35,326 bases of DNA from NCBI GenBank assembly GCA_030650885.1, contig JAUSDE010000014.1, forward strand, positions 1-35,326, read 5' to 3'. This document shows, piece by piece, positions 29,607 to 35,326 of this stretch (positions are counted from its first letter, which is position 1; each line of letters opens with the position of its first letter). The translations under genes and the position numbers were made by a program. A model generated the notes under the pieces. That model did no database searches. It was not told where the DNA came from and saw only the letters and a list, made by a program, of their open reading frames with translations. Origin of the DNA: Thermoleophilia bacterium (lineage in GTDB: Bacteria; Actinomycetota; Thermoleophilia; BMS3ABIN01).

Positions 29607-31521
29607 AGGCGTACACCTCCCTGGCGACCTTTGGCGGAAGCCCAGGCACAGCTTCCAGCTCATCTCGGCTGGCGGCCAGAAAACGTTCCGGTGAGCCGAA
29701 GTGCGCCAGGATCGCGCGTTTGCGGGCTGGCCCGATGCCGGGAAGGCTGTCGAGGATGGAACCGGTCATGGCGCGACCACGCTTCTGCCGGTGGAAAGTG
29801 ATGGCAAACCGGTGCGCCTCGTCGCGAATCCTTTGCAGCAGGCCGAGAGCCGGTGAGTCGCCCGGAAGTCGCAGCGGACGAGGCTGGCCCTTGATATATA
29901 TTTCTTCAAACCGCTTTGCGAGGCCGATCACCGGTATGTCCTTGTTGCCTGCCGCGGCCAACGCGCCCGCCGCAGCCGACACCTGGCCGGCGCCGCCGTC
30001 GACGATGATGAGATCCGGGCGGGCGGAAAAACTTGGATCTTCGCTTGGAAATGATTGTTCGATGGTTCTGGTGGCTCCAGCTGATCTGGTGACCTCGTCG
30101 CGGGTCACAGATACGGCGCCGCGCTTGAACCGCCGGCGGAGCACCTCCGCCATACTGGCGAAATCATCCGGCCCTTCTACATCCCTGATCGCGAATTTGC
30201 GGTAATGGGCAGGCACCGGCAATCCTTCTTCGAAGACGACCATCGAACCGACGGGATGCTCGCCGGCGGTGTTGGAGATATCGTAGCACTCGATCCGCCG
30301 GGGGATCCGTTTCAGGCCAAGCTCCTGCTTCAAGCCTGCCAGAGCTTTTACCGGACGTGACTTTATCTCCTCTTCGCGCAACCGGTCCTGCTCGAATGCG
30401 AGCACGGCATTCTGTTCGGCCATCGTCTGCAGCTCCCGACGCCTGCCTCGGACAGCCGGCCGGACTTCTACCCGTGAACCCTTCAGTCCGGAAAGCATCT
30501 CGCTCACGGAGTCAGCGCGCTCGAACTGCAGAGGGACCACAACTTCCACCGGCAGTCCGATGGGAGAGGAATAATAGTGGATCATGAACTGTTCGAGTAT
30601 GTCAGCCCCTTCTTCGCCAGCCGTGTTCTTGAGGAAAAAACTCTGGCGGTCGCTCATGGAACCGTCGCGGATCTGCAAGACCTGGACGCTGGCGGAATCG
30701 CCTTCCGTATGAATACCGATGACATCGAGGCTGTCGAGGCCGGTGGCAGTGGCCTGCTGCTTTTCGAGCAGGTGTTCGAGAGCGCGCAGGCGGTTGCGAA
30801 GGGCGGCGGCTTCCTCATATTGCTGGCCGGCGGCGGCCACTTCCATTGCCTCCTGTATCTCTTCCGCCATGCCATCAGATTTGCCCGACAGCAGCAGCTC
30901 GACCCGTTTGATCATCTGGCGGTAGGTGGCTTCGTCGACTTTGCCGGCACACGGAGCCAGACACAGGCCGATGTGATAGTTGAGACATGGCGTCCCGGTC
31001 CGCCTGCCCGGTTCCGGTCCGCGGCACTTGCGATAGGGATAGATCTTGCCCAGAAGCTCGATGATCTCACGCACCATGCCGGCATTGGCAAAGGGTCCGA
31101 AGTACACAACCCCGGGACGGTGCGACTTGCGGGTTATCATCACTCGCGGAAATCTCTCGTTGATGGTGATAGCTACATACGGGTAGGATTTGTCATCGCG
31201 GAGCATGACGTTGAATGGCGGGCGATGATGCTTGATGAAGTTCGATTCCAGGAGCAGCGCTTCAGTCTCGCTGGAAGTCACGACGAAGTCGAAGTCACGC
31301 ATTCGTTTCAGCATGCGGGTGATGCGAAGATTGTCGACGGTCGGCCCAGCCTTGCGAAAATATGACATGACCCTCTTGCGCAGCGACTTGGCCTTGCCTA
31401 CGTAGAGGACCTTTCCGGCGCCGTCGCGGAAAACATAGATGCCGGGACTGTCCGGCAGGGAAGCCAGCAGGTGTCTGGTGCGCTCGGTTGTTGTGGGTTC
31501 GGTCATGGCCGGTTGATCCAT
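29566..31521 (-). CDS. uvrC: Excinuclease ABC subunit C
   Basis: GIY-YIG (PGIYVF..YVGKAKSLRKRV), DDKSYPY, RIECYDIS, IVDGG, RDEAHRFA, HhH (LPGIGP). Confidence 0.97.
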   Translation of the reverse strand: MDQPAMTEPTTTERTRHLLASLPDSPGIYVFRDGAGKVLYVGKAKSLRKRVMSYFRKAGPTVDNLRITRMLKRMRDFDFVVTSSETEALLLESNFIKHHRPPFNVMLRDDKSYPYVAITINERFPRVMITRKSHRPGVVYFGPFANAGMVREIIELLGKIYPYRKCRGPEPGRRTGTPCLNYHIGLCLAPCAGKVDEATYRQMIKRVELLLSGKSDGMAEEIQEAMEVAAAGQQYEEAAALRNRLRALEHLLEKQQATATGLDSLDVIGIHTEGDSASVQVLQIRDGSMSDRQSFFLKNTAGEEGADILEQFMIHYYSSPIGLPVEVVVPLQFERADSVSEMLSGLKGSRVEVRPAVRGRRRELQTMAEQNAVLAFEQDRLREEEIKSRPVKALAGLKQELGLKRIPRRIECYDISNTAGEHPVGSMVVFEEGLPVPAHYRKFAIRDVEGPDDFASMAEVLRRRFKRGAVSVTRDEVTRSAGATRTIEQSFPSEDPSFSARPDLIIVDGGAGQVSAAAGALAAAGNKDIPVIGLAKRFEEIYIKGQPRPLRLPGDSPALGLLQRIRDEAHRFAITFHRQKRGRAMTGSILDSLPGIGPARKRAILAHFGSPERFLAASRDELEAVPGLPPKVAREVYAFVHKFGQTPADYI

Positions 31522-31566
31522 AGTTATTCGTGAAACGCCGCCTGTGCAGGTTCTTTATGCTGTTTA

Positions 31567-31575
31567 ATGATAGCA
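31567..31575 (-). promoter_or_regulatory. Extended -10 promoter of uvrC
   Basis: TGCTATCAT on the minus strand, about 45 nt upstream of the start. Confidence 0.5.
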
Positions 31576-31652
31576 CTGGAAAGCGGCTTTCGAGAGGCCT
31601 TGGTTTCAGGGACACGTTTGGGGTCGGTCTTAAAGCAGTCGTCTGTGAAGCA

Positions 31653-31684
31653 GCGAAAGGGGAGCCGGATGGCTCCCCTTTCGC
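31653..31684. terminator. Strong GC-rich hairpin, probable terminator
   Basis: GCGAAAGGGGAGCC-GGAT-GGCTCCCCTTTCGC, a 14-bp perfect stem without a long U tract. Confidence 0.6.
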
Positions 31685-32013
31685 GGAGGTGGATCAACTC
31701 TAAATTGCTGCGCATCCGTCTGCGGAGAACGGGAGGTACGGCCGCCGTAGCAAAGCAGTTGGCATTAAAGCCTTGGCCGCACTGGTCTCTCTTACCTGCA
31801 CAACATGTTAAGCAATTTCGTCACCGTGAGGGCAAACCCTTCGACGCTTAACAATAAGTTTCAGCGGCTGACGGGCGCGCCTGCCAGCGCCGAATTCCAC
31901 ACTGATAATTAGACGAGAAACCGTGGCTTTGGATTCAGATTTCCGTTGAGCCAAATGGACTGAATCATGGACTGAATCAGGGGCATTCAGCTGATTCTGA
32001 CAGCCAGCCAGCC

Positions 32014-32190
32014 TCAGACCGGCAGTTTCCTGATTATCTTGTCGGAGATCGCGTCAAGGGTCTCGCTGCCGGGTTTGGGCGCGAATAGAAGACCCAGCAC
32101 CAGTCCCACCAGCATCCCGAAAAGCATGAGCTTCATGCCGCCGTGATGTTTTCCGCTTCCTCCTGCTTTGTGCCGCTTACAACAACTCAT
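32014..32190 (-). CDS. YtxH-like small protein
   Basis: ATG 32190 behind GGGAGG; FGMLVGLVLGLLFAPKPGSET matches the YtxH-type GxxxGxxxGLLFAPKxG motif. Confidence 0.75.
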   Translation of the reverse strand: MSCCKRHKAGGSGKHHGGMKLMLFGMLVGLVLGLLFAPKPGSETLDAISDKIIRKLPV

Positions 32191-32279
32191 ATGGATCTGC
32201 CTCCCGATTCTATGTTGAATAAACAACGGAGACCATGCGGCCTCCGTTGTCAGAGCTTAAATGCATGGCCGATCGGCGT

Positions 32280-32933
32280 CTAGCGCTTTGCTTTAGCCTT
32301 TGCCTTCGGCTTTGCTTTGGCCTTCGGCTTTGCCTTGGCCTTAACCGCGGCCTTCTTCGGCTTGGCGGCGGCCTTTTTTGCGACTGCCTTTGCCTTCGGC
32401 TTGGTCTTAACGGCCTTGGCCGCTTCCTTCTCCTTCAGATTCTTGTCGATATCGCGCTTGAAGGCCTTCCAGTCACGGCCGTAGAGCCGGTAAGGGTTCC
32501 AGGCGGTGACTGTCTTGGTGTAGCGGTTGAACTCGTGGAAGTTCGGCGCGCGGCCGAGCTTGCGAGCGATGCGAGTGCCTTCGTCGATATAGCGTTCACG
32601 CGTTGGTTTGCGGGGCTTTTCCAGTCCCACGGAGACCTTGAGCTCGCGCACACTCATGCCCATGCGAAGTGCCGGATACTTGGCGTCGACCTTGCCGAGC
32701 TTTACCAGCTTCTTCATCTCGTCCTTGGTGCGGCGAGCCGCCGGGATCATGCCGGCTTTGCGGACTGCAGTAGTCCAGCCGCCGAACCGGGCCCTGATCG
32801 CCTCTGCGCTCGGCTTGTTCTTGCCGGCGAGATATCCATGATATGTGGGGCCCATCATCCCGTCTTTGTCATGCTTCTTGCCCTCACGCTTGAGAGCGTC
32901 CAACAGGTCCTGATCAGAATAGATTTGCTGCAT
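32280..32933 (-). CDS. Basic protein with two homing-endonuclease-associated-like repeats and a histone H1-like Lys/Ala/Pro tail
   Basis: RBS GGTAGGAG; YSDQDLLDALK..PTYHGY..PSAEAIRARFGGWTTAVRKAG and TRERYIDE..LGRAPNFHEF..YGRDW; tail KAKPKAKAKPKAKAKAKR. Confidence 0.8.
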   Translation of the reverse strand: MQQIYSDQDLLDALKREGKKHDKDGMMGPTYHGYLAGKNKPSAEAIRARFGGWTTAVRKAGMIPAARRTKDEMKKLVKLGKVDAKYPALRMGMSVRELKVSVGLEKPRKPTRERYIDEGTRIARKLGRAPNFHEFNRYTKTVTAWNPYRLYGRDWKAFKRDIDKNLKEKEAAKAVKTKPKAKAVAKKAAAKPKKAAVKAKAKPKAKAKPKAKAKAKR

Positions 32934-33130
32934 TCTCCTACCTCTCTTTTTATGGCCCCGTCCTACCGGGGTCAGGAATTGAGACCCTTGCGGGTCTCCC
33001 CTACCGTTTTTGCCGGCCTTGCCGGCTGCCCGATCAGTCCCCCGAGACTGTTGTTACCATTCCGTTTTTTATCACTATGTCCCCCTTGCGTCGCTGTCCC
33101 TGCCATCAAGTGATAAAACTTTCCTCAAAT

Positions 33131-34393
33131 TCAGGCGATAAGAGTCTCCACCTGGTCCATTATCCGTTCGGCGCATTCCCGCTTGGTGGTCTTTTCAACA
33201 AAAATATCATCTCGGCCGGGAGCCATGATGGTTATCTCGTTATCACTGGATTCGAAACCGATATCCGCCCGGGATATGTCGTTGAAAACGATCATGTCCA
33301 ACCCCTTGTCCAGCAGCTTCCGCCTTGCGCGTTCGCGATTTTCTTCTCCGTGCTCTGCTGCAAATCCTATCCGAACCCTGCCGTTTCCATTATTCTTCAA
33401 ATTAGCGACAATATCACTTGTTGGCACCAGCTTCAAGTTACTAACTGATTCCTCCCTCTCAATCTTTCCCATTGTCATGATGTCTGAAACTTTGTAGTCA
33501 GAGACGGCTGCGGCCATCAACAGGACATCACAACTTTCATATTCACTCTCAACTGCGGTTTCCAGTTCCTCGGCGGTCTCCACATCGATCTGAGTAATAC
33601 CAGGAATCCGCGTGGTTGAGCAGTTAGCGGCTACAATCGTGACCCTGGCGCCGCGGTCCAGGGCGGCTTCGGCCAGCTCCATGCCCATTCTGCCACTTGA
33701 CCGGTTTGTGATATATCTCACCGAGTCGATCGGCTCGCGGGTGCCGCCGGCGGTCACCAGGACTCGAACCCCGGCGAGGCTGCCAGACCTGTTGATATCG
33801 CCATGGACGTCAGCCTTGCTGGTCGGGACATCGGCGAGATGCTGTCGCACCCGCTCGAAGATCTCGCGAGGCTCCGCCATGCGGCCAACACCCTCATCCC
33901 CACAGGCGAGTTCGCCGGAACCAGGCTCGATGATAAGTGCTCCCCGACGCTTAAGAGTATCGATATTCTCGCGTACGGCTGGATGGTTCCACATTTGTTG
34001 ATTCATCGCGGGGCAGATCATCACCTTGGCTTTGGTGGCCAGGTAACTGGATAGCAGCAGATTGTCCGCCAGGCCAGCAGCCATCTTTCCAATGGTCCCG
34101 GCTGTAGCCGGCGCCACCAGCATGATGTCAGCCGAAGCAAGATCGATATGGCTGAAAACGGATTCGGAGCGGGGGTCGAACTGGTCGATAACGACCGGAT
34201 GGCCGCTGAGCGCCTGGAATGTCAACTCGCCGACAAAGCGAAGACTGGCTTCAGTCTGCAAAACGCGTACATCGTGGCCTGCGGACGTAAGCAACCGCAG
34301 CAGGTCCACAGCCTTGTAAGCCGCGATGCTGCCAGTGACCCCCAGGATGATGCTTTTGCGGGAATTATTCATGCCAATGCTGATGAATGCCAA
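33131..34393 (-). CDS. coaBC: Bifunctional phosphopantothenoylcysteine decarboxylase/synthase
   Basis: GVTGSIAAYKA, VAPATA, PAMN, LACGDEGVGRM, VTAGGTREPIDSVRYITNRSSGRMG, GFAAE. Confidence 0.97.
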   Translation of the reverse strand: MAFISIGMNNSRKSIILGVTGSIAAYKAVDLLRLLTSAGHDVRVLQTEASLRFVGELTFQALSGHPVVIDQFDPRSESVFSHIDLASADIMLVAPATAGTIGKMAAGLADNLLLSSYLATKAKVMICPAMNQQMWNHPAVRENIDTLKRRGALIIEPGSGELACGDEGVGRMAEPREIFERVRQHLADVPTSKADVHGDINRSGSLAGVRVLVTAGGTREPIDSVRYITNRSSGRMGMELAEAALDRGARVTIVAANCSTTRIPGITQIDVETAEELETAVESEYESCDVLLMAAAVSDYKVSDIMTMGKIEREESVSNLKLVPTSDIVANLKNNGNGRVRIGFAAEHGEENRERARRKLLDKGLDMIVFNDISRADIGFESSDNEITIMAPGRDDIFVEKTTKRECAERIMDQVETLIA

Positions 34394-34437
34394 CAGGCCC
34401 TAACAATGCCATCGAATCTAACGGGAAGCGGGTTGTT

Positions 34438-34668
34438 TCAGGCGCGGTAGCGGTAAGAGATCCGGCCCGCCGCGATCTCTTCGAGGGCGACGGTGAGGAT
34501 ATTCCTGCTCCGTGTATCAATCATCGGCGGCGGGATATCGTCGATACTGCCTTCGTCACGGTTGCGGTAATAGTTGTTTATCTGACGCGCGCGCTTGGCT
34601 GCGATCGTAACCAGTGCATACTTGGAGTCGACCTTCTCAAGCAGCGCGTCTATTCTGGGCTTGTTCAA
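34438..34668 (-). CDS. rpoZ: RNA polymerase omega subunit
   Basis: SKYALVTIAAKRARQIN, VALEEI; TTG start behind AGGAGG; lies between gmk and coaBC. Confidence 0.96.
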   Translation of the reverse strand: MNKPRIDALLEKVDSKYALVTIAAKRARQINNYYRNRDEGSIDDIPPPMIDTRSRNILTVALEEIAAGRISYRYRA

Positions 34669-34677
34669 CCTGGCCTC

Positions 34678-35232
34678 CTAAAGGCTGGACTTGATTAACC
34701 GTTCGAGTTCTTCGGCCGCCTGTACGACAGCCTTGTTAACTACAATGTAGTCAAATTCATGCTGTGACGCAAGTTCTTCCTCCGCCCGCTCCAGCCGCAC
34801 TTTCCTTTCAGCGTCGGCCTCGGTATTCCTGCCGGCGAGCCTTGACCTCAGTTCGTCGACGCTTGGCGGGGAGATAAATACCAATATCGCCTCCGGCATC
34901 TTCTGCTTTATATTGCGGGCGCCCTCCAGCTCGATCTCCAGTACCACGTTCCTGCCCGATTCCAGCTGTCGGACAACCTCGCTGCGCAAAGTTCCATATC
35001 TGTTGGAGCCATAAGTCACGTATTCCAGAAAATCCCCATGGGCGATCCGCTGATCGAATTCGTCGGGGGTGAGGAAAAAGTATTCGCGCCCTTCCTGCTC
35101 GCCGGCGCGCATGGGGCGGGTTGTGGCGGACCTGGAAAGTGCGGTGTCTTCCAGCCTGGGCAAGATCTCGTTTATCAGAGTGCCCTTGCCAACACCGGAC
35201 GGGCCTGAGATTACGAAGAGATGGCCGCGGAT
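34678..35232 (-). CDS. gmk: Guanylate kinase
   Basis: The frame extends upstream of the tracked ORF to (I)RGHLFVISGPSGVGKGT (P-loop); SATTRPMRAGE..GREYFF, YGT. No ATG/GTG/TTG precedes the P-loop in frame. Confidence 0.93.
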   Translation of the reverse strand: MRGHLFVISGPSGVGKGTLINEILPRLEDTALSRSATTRPMRAGEQEGREYFFLTPDEFDQRIAHGDFLEYVTYGSNRYGTLRSEVVRQLESGRNVVLEIELEGARNIKQKMPEAILVFISPPSVDELRSRLAGRNTEADAERKVRLERAEEELASQHEFDYIVVNKAVVQAAEELERLIKSSL

Positions 35233-35260
35233 GGCTGAATCGCCATCATGACCTGATGGT

Positions 35261-35326
35261 CTAGGGGCGAAAAAAAGTCACCAGCTCCCGGCGCTGCCTT
35301 TCAGAGAGGCCGCCGACCGTCTTGTT
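35261..35326 (-). CDS. mihF: Actinobacterial integration host factor (mIHF/sIHF), C-terminus only
   Basis: NKTVGGLSERQRRELVTFFRP* directly upstream of gmk-rpoZ-coaBC, the usual actinobacterial synteny. Confidence 0.8.
   Translation of the reverse strand, partial: NKTVGGLSERQRRELVTFFRP

Noticed and set aside
31522-31600. LexA/SOS box upstream of uvrC
   Set aside because: No GAAC-N4-GTTC palindrome found.
31826-31850. c-di-GMP-I riboswitch (GGGCAAACC)
   Set aside because: The GAAA tetraloop, the GACGCAAAGC junction and the second hairpin of the motif are missing.
32235-33113. 292-aa ORF with CLRLCFGLRL repeats
   Set aside because: It is the antisense translation of the Lys/Ala/Pro tail of the 32280-32933 gene.

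Overview
Chromosomal window from an actinobacterium, inferred from the mIHF-gmk-rpoZ-coaBC and uvrC-rapZ-yvcK-whiA-gap-pgk synteny and probably a deep-branching, moderate-GC lineage. It opens with the end of an integrated element: a large serine recombinase whose reading frame runs antisense into the 3' end of an initiator tRNA-Met. Next come an NlpC/P60 hydrolase and an Opp/Dpp-type ABC transporter. A roughly 10 kb signalling cluster (8.5-18.5 kb) follows, containing a degenerate V4R-GGDEF-REC-LuxR fusion, an unannotated 26-aa peptide gene with its own structured leader, RBS and terminator, a membrane-anchored HD-GYP phosphodiesterase, and two STAND-TPR-HEAT-LuxR regulators. After that are a cold-shock gene, an MFS transporter, an AMIN-like lipoprotein, a pentaheme cytochrome c lipoprotein and housekeeping genes. 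The two best novel candidates are (1) two tandem paralogous ~140-150 nt structured RNAs at 21402-21553 and 21664-21804, each with its own sigma70-type promoter, covarying stems, a loop-E-like motif and a variable 10-nt apical loop, and (2) the small peptide / HD-GYP / LuxR signalling module with AT-rich sensor segments. All calls are made by eye; no database searches or folding computations were run.
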